NCBI RefSeq assembly: GCF_001194135.2
Contig: NC_068992.1
Coordinates: forward strand, 51,894,716 to 51,958,715
DNA length: 64,000 nt
Source of the DNA: Octopus bimaculoides
Lineage: Eukaryota
Direction: 5' to 3'
Positions within the stretch are counted from its first letter, which is position 1. Each line of letters starts with the position of its first letter. A program made the translations under genes and the position numbers. This document shows, in pieces, positions 37,130 to 49,100 of the stretch. The notes below the pieces were generated by a model. That model worked only from the letters and a program-made list of their open reading frames with translations. It did not search any database and was not told the DNA's origin.

Positions 37130-37420
37130 CTTTTACCATGTTAGGTTGGGTTGGACAGTTCGGCATGAACTGACAATCTCTACCGAGTTCCAGTGTCAGC
37201 TGTGATATGGTTTCAACAGTGAAATGTCCTTCTTAATGCCGGCCTCTTCACAGAATGTACTAAGTGCATTTTTTGATGACACCTACACTGGTGTGATCAC
37301 CAAGTACCTCAAGAAAAGTACCCCTCCACTACAACTGAGTGGGGTATAGTATTGAGGGATATAAAAGTATGAAAGGGGAATAGGAGCAGGTGTGTTTCTG
37401 AAGGCCAATACATGTTCTCC
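37130..37420 (-). mobile_element. RTE-type 3' tail element, decayed
   Basis: ttttaccatgttaggttgggttggacagtt...tgtccttcttaatgcc matches the reverse complement of the tail. Confidence 0.6.
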
Positions 37421-38330
37421 TCATCTCGTAAGAGAGAGAGGGGGGTGAGAGGGGAAGAGGAGGAGGGCTTGTATTATTTAGAAAAATCAACTGAAAAAGT
37501 GTAGAGGGAAATTGCTAACGGAAGTAGAGTATTTAATGCTTCAGAGTTCTTTTTCAGGCAAAAACTGACGGGGAGAGAAATTAAAGACAGTGGAGTTTTA
37601 TGTCCTCTACATTTGAGAGAGTGGCTGCAGCTGTTGAGGAACCCGAGACTATGGGACTTCCATATGTACAGAGGAAGTAGTAGGAGAGAGAAAAACTTGG
37701 AGAAACAGGAAAGAGAAATATGGAATGAGGAGGAAAAGCAGAGAGAGAGAGAGAGAGAGAGAGTGGAGAGGAGAATATAAAAAACCAGAGGATGATGTGA
37801 AGGATAAGAAAATGATTATTGATGAGAACTGACATAAACAAAAAGAAATTACAAACATAGAATGCAGTCAGATGACTAGTGTGATAGACAAACATTGAAC
37901 TGAGAATCCTTTCTTTCATTAAAATAAATTAACATGTTTGGCAAATTATTTGATTTGCAATACTTTTTGCTGGGATTAAAACAATTGCTTTATTATAGTG
38001 AATAGAAAATAATGCATATACCATTTTATTTTATTATTTTTTTTAATATTAATATGTATTATTAAATAATATAGTCTGATTATGGACACCACACTTCTAT
38101 GTAAACAAGGAAGTGCGGTTTGTCAGAGAGAAGGTTGGAAGCGAATGACAAAAGTCTTTTATTCAAAATATGTTTATTCTTATTACAATGTAAAAAAAAA
38201 AAACTATAAACATTAATGTAATTATGCCTGTGTACTTTATCTTGACAATTGTACACATACATACATACATACATAGACACAGATACATACATACACAAAT
38301 GTATATACACATATATACATATGTATCTAT

Positions 38331-38403
<73 letters not shown>

Positions 38404-39504
38404 CACATACATGTATATATATATGTGTGTGTGTGTGTATGTATAGATGTGTGTATGTATGATAGCTAGAAAGTGCTCTGAATTATCATGATTGCAGTAT
38501 TCTGTATTTAAAGTCTTTGTGATCTTTGAAGCGTGTTGAAGAATTTAGCTTAAATTCATGAGGTTTTTTTGTTTTATCGCTACAGAGGACAGGAATGAGA
38601 AAATATTGAAATTTGTTTCAAGAAAAGCATTTAGTGATAATTTGATATGATTTAAGGAACTATTGACTGATTCATATCTTTGAATGTTTAATCTTTATGA
38701 AAAAGATTGAATATTTTGATTTTCTGCCATTGCAAGCCAGGAAAAAAGAAATATTTGAATAAATTTGAGAAAATGAATTATGCTATTATCTTATAAATTA
38801 TTGTTTGTAATGGTCAGATATGTAAATTTAGAATTTAACTTCACTGCTTCTTCTGCTTCCTTTTATTACTGATGCGCCAGTTTTAAAATCATTAATTCAC
38901 ATTTGAAACACTTTTGATATGCCATCCATTAAAGTATTCTCTAAGGTTTGGATAGTTTGTTAGAGAAAATAAGAATAATGCAATTTTGATTCAAGCTTGA
39001 GGTAGTATTGTTGATTTTGTTTCATTTAAGATATTCATTAAATTAGTAATAATTTTGAAACAAATTGCTCTGAGTAAAAAATTTCAACAAAACTGAGTTT
39101 GGGAATTAATCTCTTCCAACCAATAAAAATTCAGAAAAGGATTTATTGAATTAACAGAAAACAGATAAATGGACATGAGGAAAAAGAGAAAGAGAAATAG
39201 AAGAGTATTAACTCATATAGAGCTCATTAGAACAATGCCTTCCTATAACATCAATTATGAAATTCATTAGTCTCAAGTGACATTATGTTGCATTCTTTTA
39301 TGCCCTGATTTATTCTCCTTTCAAAATACATAATTCCAGCTTCATTACTTGACTGCGTAAGTTTACTATTATTATAGTCTGTAAAAATTCTTTTGAAATT
39401 TTCCCAAGGTAGCTTAAAACCTCTGTTGGCAGTTATTCTCAGAATTCCCAGTTAGTCTTAAGGCACCTCCACTTCCGTTAAACATTTTATTGAAATTTGG
39501 TAAA

Positions 39505-39880
39505 GTATGAAACACAAAAATATGAATTTTTATATAAAACATTATATAAATACACCTTGAGTATTTCTATAACTTGTTCTACATCAATATTAGTAGTTAT
39601 TCAATTCACAGAACATTCTCATGCCTCTGTTTGAAAACTATATATTTGTGCCAGGAACAAAAATATTGGCTAAATTAATATGAAATAATATGAATTTTTA
39701 TACAAAACAGACTACAAATTACCATCAATATTTCTATATCTATTTCTATGTCAATATTAGTCATTCCTCAATTTGCAGAACACTCAAGTGTCTCATATGA
39801 AAAATACATATTGGTGCCTCAAACAAATCTAATGACTAAATGACATGTTTAGATACTGTTTGGTCTGTCATTTAGTCACC
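39505..39880. repeat. diverged tandem duplication (about 168-bp period) ending in a 13-bp inverted repeat
   Basis: aatatgaatttttata at 39519 and 39687; tcaatattagt at 39584 and 39751; TGACTAAATGACA (39833-45) and TGTCATTTAGTCA (39866-78). Confidence 0.8.
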
Positions 39881-40254
39881 AAAGTTTGGTCCAGATTAAT
39901 ATATTGATCATCATATATTTCTTCATTATTATTCATGTTTCTGTTGTTGTTGCATATCTCCAGGCGAGCCATGACTGAGCATACTTATAATGATATATAT
40001 TTCAGCCATGATGTGCCACTTTTATCTTTTGTTCAAAAAGAATGTACGTCTGGGATTTCGATTATCTCTATCTCTGTTAACTCTTTTGGTACCACATTGA
40101 CTGAAGTCACCTCTCCTGTTCTATGATGCAAATTCCCTGTTTTAAAGTGATTTAAATTGAAACTTTACATCAAGACTCCATACTAATATATGAACCTTAT
40201 GAAGGAGATGACAGCAGACTGAGACATGTGGTGCATTGCTGTACTTGAGAAGAT

Positions 40255-40480
40255 TCACCCATCATAACACAATTGCATTCCGAGAACTGAGATGCCACAT
40301 AAAAAGCATTAGTGTAGGTGTTGATGCCACATAAAAAGAAATGGTGCTGGTGCCACTTAAAAAGCATTGGTAATGGTGCCACGTACATTTTGTGGTGTGG
40401 TTGTAATTAAGAAAGACGTTGAGCTGTAGAAATCAAGCCAAAACAGACTACGGAACCAGAGACAATCCCCAGAAGGAGTT
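40255..40480 (+). mobile_element. RTE-type 3' tail variant with short tandem units
   Basis: (ga/gg)tgccac(a/t)taaaa repeated three to four times, then gagctgtagaaa. Confidence 0.55.
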
Positions 40481-40494
40481 AATGCGAATGAAGA

Positions 40495-40865
40495 CTGCAT
40501 AATCCTGTGCAATGATTCAGTGTGACCATTAGATCAGACATCCGAAACATGACATTGTTGTGGTAAACAAAAACAGAAAAAAAGTTACATGAGAATCGAC
40601 AGAGCATGTTCTGGTGACAACATGATCAAAGAGTAAGAAGAAAAACTGAACAATTATGATGATTTGAAGTGGGAAATACGCATTTTGTGGGTAATGAAGA
40701 GAGTGGACGTGATACCAACAGTGACTGGCACGCTTGGAAGTATCAGCACTCAGCTACCATCATGGTTCAGAACGATTGGTACAAATGTCAAGACAGAACA
40801 TTTACAAAAATCAACATGGCTTATCATTTCTAGAGTTCTCTGTAGGGTTCTTGAAGCATGATCAG
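40495..40865 (+). mobile_element. R4/Dong-clade REL endonuclease relic
   Basis: DIVVVNK...EEKLNNYDDLKWEIRILWVMKRVDVIPTVTGTLGSIS...HLQKSTWLIISRVLCRVLEA*. Confidence 0.85.
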
Positions 40866-40964
40866 TAGACAAGTATCACTTTAGTTTGCTGATTGATTGC
40901 AGGCAGCTGACACTTTCCATCATAATAAGCTGAAATTTTTCATCAATTAATATTATAGAATGTC

Positions 40965-41040
40965 CAATAGAGCTCCTACAAAAAGTTTGTCTCTTAGGGA
41001 CAGCAAGGATTATCAGGAGGGTTCTAAGCACTTGAAAGAC
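40965..41040 (+). mobile_element. second R4/Dong 3' coding end
   Basis: CPIELLQKVCLLGTARIIRRVLST*. Confidence 0.8.
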
Positions 41041-41569
41041 TGCTGAAAAATTTGTGGATACTTAAGATTACAAGTAGCAACCTGCTAACCACATAAGTTC
41101 TACCAGGAATAAAACTGAACCTGAGTCAAAACAAAATAACAATGCTCGGTAGTCGTTAATGATGACCAGAATATCACATGGGAGAAGAAGACGGGTGACA
41201 ATGTGTCCAGTTGCAGCTTATCAAGCTGATGCATGCATGGAAGGTTCTGCCACAGGCTGGGCATCAGTGGCCAGCTGGAAATAAAGGCAAGGAGTCGTCT
41301 CTGGATTTGCATAGTTGTGCATGTGTATGTATATGTATATACACACACACATATGCACATACATACACATGCACATGCACATTCACATATATATCATTAA
41401 CATAATGGAGCAGAACAATATGTGTTAGAATTATTTTAATGAAAAATGATTGAAGTTCAGAAATAAAGAGATCTGAAAGTAAAAAATCAAAAAGCAAGCA
41501 TCAGGCCACAATTAAATATGGGTTTGTTTGATTGAAAAGACAAATATGGACAAAAGAAGCAAATATAAT

Positions 41570-41660
41570 ATATGTATATATCAATCCATCCACACACACA
41601 TACATTCATTCATCCATACATCCATACACACATACATACATGCATAAATACATACCTACA

Positions 41661-41723
<63 letters not shown>

Positions 41724-41870
41724 TTATATATACATATATATATAAACAAATATATAAATAAAAGAAATATATATATATATATTCACACACACATACATAT
41801 TGAATTTACCTCTTATATATGTTATTATATATTACATTATATCATATTATATATTACATATATATATACA
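41570..41870. repeat. (TACA)n/(TA)n block
   Basis: Direct reading. Confidence 0.95.
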
Positions 41871-42419
41871 CCTTAGTGAAATATCAAGAAATTTTTGCAT
41901 GTGTCAAATGTTAGCACACTAAAATGAACTGATATCATAAAATTACAATATAATGACCAAGATGAATTTAATAAAAGAAGTTATAACATATTGTTGAAAT
42001 AATTTCTCAGCATTGAAGAATGAAGCATATCAAATAGGAAAGTTAAAGCACAAAGAAATTTTACATATCGCCACAAATTTTCAATATGTTTTAATTGGAG
42101 GAATAACATGTTAAAAAGAAAAAAATAAATCAGTACAAAAGCTAGACAATATCACAGCATCAAAAGAATGATTGGAATAATGATTGAAATCAGAAGAAAA
42201 TAAAAATAGAAGGAAAAGCGATGACACATGTTAGATAAGTATAAAATGATATATTGGTAAAAAATATAAACTGAAAAAGAAAATTAGAAAAAATAAGCAA
42301 AAATCATATGACAAAAGAGTTATAATATAACTAATTAGATTTATAATGCCTTGCTACATAACTCAGTTGATGGTTCAATTCAGGCAGGATGTCATCAACA
42401 TTACACAGTCTTTCTTTTA

Positions 42420-42640
42420 TTCATATACTTCTTTCAGTGATTTGACTGTGGCCATGCCGGAGAACCACCTCAAAGGGTCTTTTAGTCAAACAAACCGATC
42501 CCTGGGACTTATTCTTCGTAAGCCTAGTACTTATTCTATCGGTTTCTTTTGCTGAATCACTAAGTTAGCGGGACGTAAACACACAAACACCAGTTGTCAA
42601 GCGATGGTTGAAGGACAAACACAGACACAAAGATACACAC
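42420..42640 (-). mobile_element. SINE family A, 3' half
   Basis: tttcagtgatttgactgtggccatgc...acttattctatcgg...gacaaacacagacacaaag. Confidence 0.85.
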
Positions 42641-42884
42641 ATAAATATATACATACATATAAAGATATATATATGTAAATATATATGAAGATATTATTGT
42701 TTATAATAATATCAGTGACTTAGCATGTGTAACAAACCCGTTACAGTAAAAAATTAGCAATTAATAATTAAAGGTACTAACAAGCAGTACCGGCATGCTA
42801 AGTATTTAGCATGCCAGTATTACTTGTTAGTGCCCTTAATTATTAATATATGTATGTGTGTGTGTGTATGTGTGCATATATATA

Positions 42885-43215
42885 AGACCCCCTTCGGTCA
42901 TGACTGACCATGGGATTGCACCTAGAAAGTTACCCTCCCAGGCACAAGTCTGGGCAAGGTTGTTTATGGAAGATCAGCAGTCACCTATGCATACCGGCCT
43001 CCCCTCTCCACACCACCAGTGTTATTCAAGGGAAAGGCAAAGGGGCCGATACAGCTTGGCACCTGTGGTGTTGCAACTCATTTCTACAGCTGAGTGAACT
43101 GGAGCAATGTGAAATAAAGTGTCTTGCTCAAGAACACAACACGCAACCCAGTCCAGGATTCGAACTCACAACCTCACAATCGTAAGCTTGACACTGTAAC
43201 CACTGAGCCATGCAT
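42885..43215 (-). mobile_element. SINE family C, near full length
   Basis: ccccttcggtcatgac 3' end; ctggagcaatgtgaaataaagtgtcttgctcaag core; ggattcgaactc B-box; aaccactgagcca A-box (reverse complements). Confidence 0.88.
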
Positions 43216-43664
43216 ATATANNNNNNNNNNNNNNNNNNNNNNNNNNNNNNNNNNNNNNNNNNNNNNNNNNNNNNNNNNNNNNNNNNNNNNNNNNNNNNNN
43301 NNNNNNNNNNNNNNNNNNNNNNNNNNNNNNNNNNNNNNNNNNNNNNNNNNNNNNNNNNNNNNNNNNNNNNNNNNNNNNNNNNNNNNNNNNNNNNNNNNNN
43401 NNNNNNNNNNNNNNNNNNNNNNNNNNNNNNNNNNNNNNNNNNNNNNNNNNNNNNNNNNNNNNNNNNNNNNNNNNNNNNNNNNNNNNNNNNNNNNNNNNNN
43501 NNNNNNNNNNNNNNNNNNNNNNNNNNNNNNNNNNNNNNNNNNNNNNNNNNNNNNNNNNNNNNNNNNNNNNNNNNNNNNNNNNNNNNNNNNNNNNNNNNNN
43601 NNNNNNNNNNNNNNNNNNNNNNNNNNNNNNNNNNNNNNNNNNNNNNNNNNNNNNNNNATATATA

Positions 43665-43830
43665 TACATACGATGGGCTTCTCTCAGTGTCTGTTGTTGA
43701 CCAAATCTACTCACAAGGCTTTGGTCAGACCAAAGCTATAGTAGAAGATACTTGCCCAAGGTGCCATGCAGTGGGACTGAACCCAGAACTATGTAGTTGG
43801 GAAGCAAGCTTCTTACCACACAGCTACACC
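43665..43830 (-). mobile_element. SINE family A, 5' half
   Basis: acttgcccaaggtgccatgcagtgggactgaaccc. Confidence 0.88.
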
Positions 43831-43889
43831 TGGGAACTTTAATTTCAAGCCAAGAGCAACATTGTCTGATAAAGATACTTTTACCTTTT

Positions 43890-44525
43890 AATTGTTGCAG
43901 TTAATTGTCTGTGGCCATGCTGGGGCACTGCCTTGAAGAATTTTAGTTGAATGAATCAGCAACAGTACTTTGGTTCTTAAAAACCCGGTTTTTATTCTAT
44001 TAGTCTCTTTTGCTGAACTGCTTATTTACAGGGATGTAAACACACCAACATTGGTTGTCAAGTGACAGTGGTAGGGTAAAGGTAAAGTTCTCTTGTTGAG
44101 TCATGCCAACACATGAGGGCCAGTTTCCTGATTTCTATGGTGTATATATTCCCTACCTGGATGGGGCACCAGTCCATCACAGGATTACTCATTTTTGCCA
44201 GCTGAGTGGACTGGTGCAATGTAAAATGAGGTGTCTTGCTCAAGAATACAACGTTGCCTGGTCCAAGAATTGAAACCACAATCTTAGAGTCATGAGTCCA
44301 ACATCCTAACCACTAAGCCACATGCTTCCACAAGTGATGGTAGGGGAAAAACACAGACACAAAGACATGCATACACACACAAATTTGCGACAAGCTTCTT
44401 TTAGTTTCCATCAACCAAATCCACACCCAAGGTTTTGGTCAGCCCAAGGCTATAGTTGAAAACCCTTGCAGTGGGACTGAACCAGGAACCATGTCATTAG
44501 GAAGAAAACTTCTTACCACACAGCC
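43890..44525 (-). mobile_element. SINE family A interrupted by a family C SINE (about 44070-44335)
   Basis: The family A 3' and 5' halves are colinear on either side of the insert; caagtga..tggtaggg is duplicated at both junctions. Confidence 0.8.
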
Positions 44526-44825
44526 AGGAATTTTTCATCATCATCACCACGACTAATAACTACACTACCATCATTACCATCAAGGCGACACCTTATGTCA
44601 TTGCCACTATGACCATCATCTCCGTCGTCATCATCGTCATCATCCTCACACTGCTACTACCATTATTGCCACAACCATCACTATTATCATCATTGTCTTC
44701 GTTATCATCATCCTCATCATCCTCATAATCATTATCATCATCATCAGCATCATCATCATCATCACTAACCTATCATCCCCATCATTGACACTGTCAACAT
44801 TATCATGATGATGATGATGATATCA
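44525..44825. repeat. degenerate (CAT)n array
   Basis: Direct reading. Confidence 0.9.
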
Positions 44826-45254
44826 CATCACAGCAACATTAGCAGCCACGAGTATTTTTGAAAGAATTATCAAAGAGATACTTTATTTTACATGGAATCA
44901 TAAAACATTCCAAAACAATTCAGCCATAATTTTATGGAGATAGTGGAAGAGAGCATTAAAATTTACTATGGAAACATATCTAGATGGAATCATTGATATT
45001 AAAATGATCAGAGATTAAGGACAAAAGATTAAAAACTAAAGATTCAAACAAGTACATCTTATGAAACTCCTAACTCACATATATAATTACCATTGTAAAG
45101 TAAGGACCCTTTGTGTTTTTGTTTATGCTTTTAATGCAGTACTGTTAGCTTCAAAAAGGAAACATGGTTGTGTAATTATTGTGACAAAGCCATTTGATTA
45201 AATATACATTAATAAAATAGGTTGTCGTCTTCATGCAAGCACATTCATTACAGT

Positions 45255-45580
45255 ACAAGCGGAAGCGTGTGGCTTTGTGGCAAGGATATTTGGCTCGTGA
45301 TCATATGGTCCGGAGTTTGATTCCTGGCTGTGTTATGTCCTTGAGCAAGACACTTTATTTCCCATTGCTCCAGTCCATCCAGCTGGCGAAAATGAGTCGT
45401 ACCTGTATTTCAAAGTGTCGGCCTTTCCAGATTCTGTCTCACACTGAATCTTCCTGAGAACTCTTGTTAAGGGTACACATGTCTGTGGAGTGCTCAACTA
45501 CTTGCATGTTAATTTCATGACCAAGTTGTTCCATTCCTCAAATCAACTGGAACCCTAGTCATTTTAACCGGTGGTGTGCC
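45255..45580 (+). mobile_element. SINE family C variant
   Basis: gtggctttgtgg A-box-like, gagtttgattcc B-box and tgtccttgagcaagacacttt core; similar to 54570-54890. Confidence 0.85.
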
Positions 45581-46340
45581 AATTTGAAATTTGATGACAC
45601 TACCATGAAAGTCTTCTCAATTAAGTACAAGTTCTTCAACTTCCTTGCCACTATTGTCCAACCAGCTCATGATATTTTTCATCCATTGTGTTCTTTGTCT
45701 TCCTCTTGATCTACTACCCTCTGGTCTTCTTTGCATGGTAATGTTTCCCAGACATCTGTTTCTTCAAATATGATCATAATAGATGAGCTGTTGTTTTTTT
45801 TCACAATGTTCAGCAGTTGTCATCTTTCACCTGTTTGTTTCAACACCTATTCATTTGTCTGATGATGTTTGTAAGAACTCATAACATTCTACTATACACC
45901 CACATTTTGATCTGCATTTATTTTGTTCTCTTCACATTTGTTTCTACTTCAAAACCATTAAGTTCTATTTACAAAAAAAAAAAAAACACTTGCCTTGTAT
46001 TTTAAAATAGGACACTTTTGCTACTCTAGATGTTATCAAATTTTTCCAAGGACGTTCTTGCAATGGGTACCTGTGTCCTAATTTCTTTCTTGTACGTGAC
46101 TTCATCTGAGATTTCAGCTCCACAATACTTGTACAGTTCAACCTGTTCAAGTCTCTCATTGCCCAGTTTGATATTAATATGTACTTTCTCTTTTCCTTCT
46201 ACCATGACTTTTGTTTCCTCACAGTTAAGATAAAGACCATGTGTAGTTGATAGCTTCTTGATGCTATTTATCATTTCTTGTAGTCTGAGTTCAGTTTTAG
46301 TAAAGAGAGCAGTATTGTCTGCAAACCTTAGATTAGGTAG
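45580..46340 (-). mobile_element. RTE-clade LINE, RT C-terminal half to end of ORF
   Basis: NLRFADNTALF (YADD-type motif), GLYLNCEETKVM, LEQVELYKYCG, EIRTQVPIAR, LIYYDHI and EGSRSRGRQRTQWMKNI. Confidence 0.9.
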
Positions 46341-47059
46341 AATAAGTACAAGCCTTAATTAGTACTGTAGGTAAATATAATGGAAATAAATTGAGTGGAG
46401 ATGTTGTTGTATCATAGGCAGGGTCTAATGAGGGAAATCAATAAATGAGATGGTGTGAATGAGCAAGAATTATTATACAGAATGCATTTAAAGTGAAATA
46501 ATATAGCAGACAAATTTTATCATTACTTTAGCTTGTAATACAGTTTTTTTATGTTACCATATTTCTTACTATTACTACTGGATACTGTTAAACTAGTAGA
46601 GAGATATGGTGTGTGTATGTGTGTGGTGGAGGAAATAGCACCATTAGATCAAGATGTTGGCTCTAGAGAAGTGACATGCCTGGCGGCTAGACGCTCTACT
46701 GACAAAGGTGGCTGCAAACTATCTCTCAATGGGAGATGTAGAGATAAAGATAGAGGGAAAAAGTTTGAGAGGAGAAATAATCAATGAGTAGGAAAGAAAA
46801 TAGAGAAGAAGGAGGTGGTGGGAAAGAGGAGAAGGTTTCTGTATAAAGGTGATAAATAGAAAGAAACAAAGAAACGGACAAATGAGTTGAATAAATGAAA
46901 GACAGGAAGAAGTAACAATTTAAATAAATATTCCAATGAATTAGATTTAGAAAGTAAAATACTTTTATTGAATTTGATTACTTTTGTTATTCCTTGCTGT
47001 TACAATGGTGTGTTTTTTTTTTTTTATATAAGATGTCATTTTTCATCATCATTATTGGT

Positions 47060-47290
47060 TTAATATATATTTTACAAGCCAGATGACCCATAGGAGATTT
47101 GTTGAGGCAGATTTTTCTACATGTTCAGATTCTTCTCCATGTAAATATTACCCTGTCCTGTAGGGTAATGTTTACATGTTTTGTCATGTTTCACAGAAGT
47201 TTGCAAAGAAATGACATCACTTGCATCATAATGATGATTGGTTACAAATTAGTGCATGATGTAAAGACAAGGATACCCACCCACATGCAC
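47060..47290 (-). mobile_element. decayed RTE-type tail
   Basis: ggcagatttttctacatgttcagattcttctcc resembles the reverse complement of the tail motif. Confidence 0.4.
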
Positions 47291-47624
47291 ACACACATAC
47301 ACATTATATATATAAATATAACTCAACCAACCTTCGCCCTGCTCAAAAGGGATCGACATCCTTCAGGTAAGCATATATTAATGTTATCACCTGAAGAAAT
47401 AAATTAATGAGGATGATGAGCCTGATACCCACAGGTACTTTGGACTACATTGTAATCATCCCAACAATATGGACTGTGATCTTAAGAGACTTGTGATTTA
47501 TGGAAATGCATGTAGCATTGTTTTAAATGTTTATAAATTCCATCCAAGGATTTTTGTTATTATCACTATATATTCACACACGCACATGTGCACACACACA
47601 ACACACACCCACACATGTATGTAT

Positions 47625-47765
47625 GTATATATATTCCTTTCAATTTCTGTCTAACAACTTCACTCACAAGGCTTTGTTCAATCTAGGGATAGAGAAGACA
47701 CTTGCCTAAGGTGCTGTGCAGTGGGACTGAACCTGATACCATGTGGTTTTAAAGGGAACTTCTTA
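47625..47765 (-). mobile_element. SINE family A, 5' half
   Basis: actcacaaggctttg...acacttgcctaaggtgctgtgcagtgggactgaacc. Confidence 0.85.
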
Positions 47766-48879
47766 AATATCTTGTCTGCACTGTATGCTAGTATATAGTA
47801 TATTTAAATGTGTATCAAGAATACTAACACCATTGTTAATGCAATATATATATATATTGAAGATTATAAAACCAATTATGTTGTTTAATTAATGTAATTT
47901 GAGAAATGGCAATTCTAGTAATTCTGGTTCTGATAAATTGATCAAAGTGTCCAAAATTGGGTTTTTGCCATGGAACAAAACACTTAACTGCTATGAAAAT
48001 TAAACTGGTATAGGCAGTAGGTATAATATTGGTGTATGTATGACAATCAAGCTTATAAAAATAATCCTTTCTAGTATAGGCAGAAGTTTGTGGGAGGGTA
48101 GTCTTAAAAAAATATTGGCAAATCCTATTCATGGAAAGCAAAATGATAGATGTAGGTGCTCTTTATGAAAGGTAAGATGGTAAAATATACACATATTCAA
48201 TTTACTGGATTTTGTCATAGGAAAAAGCAATTTAATGTAACTGTAGTTAGGTACCTGAAAGAGCATGCAGTGTGCTTAGATACCAGCAGATATACTTTAC
48301 AATCTACAGTTGTCTTGTTTCTATATAGTTATGGATTGAAGTCTCCACTGTTGACAAATTAACAAGAAGGAACCTTTTCTGTGCAGTTTATTGTATATTA
48401 TATCAGCAATATCTTTTGATACCAACATGCTTGAAACTTTCATTGGTTCTTTGACACAAAGTTTCTATTTTAAAGTGATCTAAATTAAAATTGTCCATCA
48501 AATTTTGAAATTAATTTACACTCGAAACACCAACTCAATAATGATGAAGTTGTTTTTCTAAATTGTTTATTTTTTTCCAAATTAATTAAAATTAAAGCAG
48601 TGCATTTCAGCTGAAATAGGGTAATTAAAGGTTTAAATCTGAGCTGGTGTTTTAATGACTCAATCATTTAGTTGAACAAGAACTGTTTTGAGAAAAATAT
48701 ATGAAAGCATTGTATCATACCAGATCAAATATGATCTGTTATTGTCAATTCTATAAATTATATGAATTAGTACTCCTTGTTTCATGGTCAACCCACCACC
48801 GACAAAAATAACAGCAGCTGTCTAAGTTCTTGCACTGGTGTGTACTAAAGTTAGAGTTATGTTCTCAAGTCATTCCAAC

Positions 48880-49100
48880 TCATACAGTCTGATCTTCCAG
48901 TTTCATGGTGCTTATATTCTCCACCTGGATATGATACTTGTCTATCACATGATTACACATTTTTGCCAGCTGGGTGGACTAAAGTGATGTGAAATGAATT
49001 TTGTTGCTCAAGAACATGATGCATTGCCTGGTCCAGGAATCGAAACCACTATCTTACAATCTTGAGCTCAACGCCCTAATCACTATACCATGTACCTCCA
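48880..49100 (-). mobile_element. SINE family C
   Basis: tttttgccagctgggtggact...gctcaagaac...ggaatcgaaacc. Confidence 0.8.

Noticed and set aside
23984-38586. Shared 14-mer tttatcgctacaga at two acceptor-like sites (about 23985 and 38573)
   Set aside because: The flanks do not align, and a single shared 14-mer is expected by chance in AT-rich 64 kb.
47356-47397. CTTCAGGT/ACCTGAAG hairpin overlapping a GTAAGC donor-like site
   Set aside because: Only 8 contiguous pairs, and no credible upstream acceptor outside repeats.
47836-48141. 101-aa minus-strand ORF
   Set aside because: No domain recognised; it overlaps the inverted-duplicate segment, whose substitution pattern favours the opposite strand.
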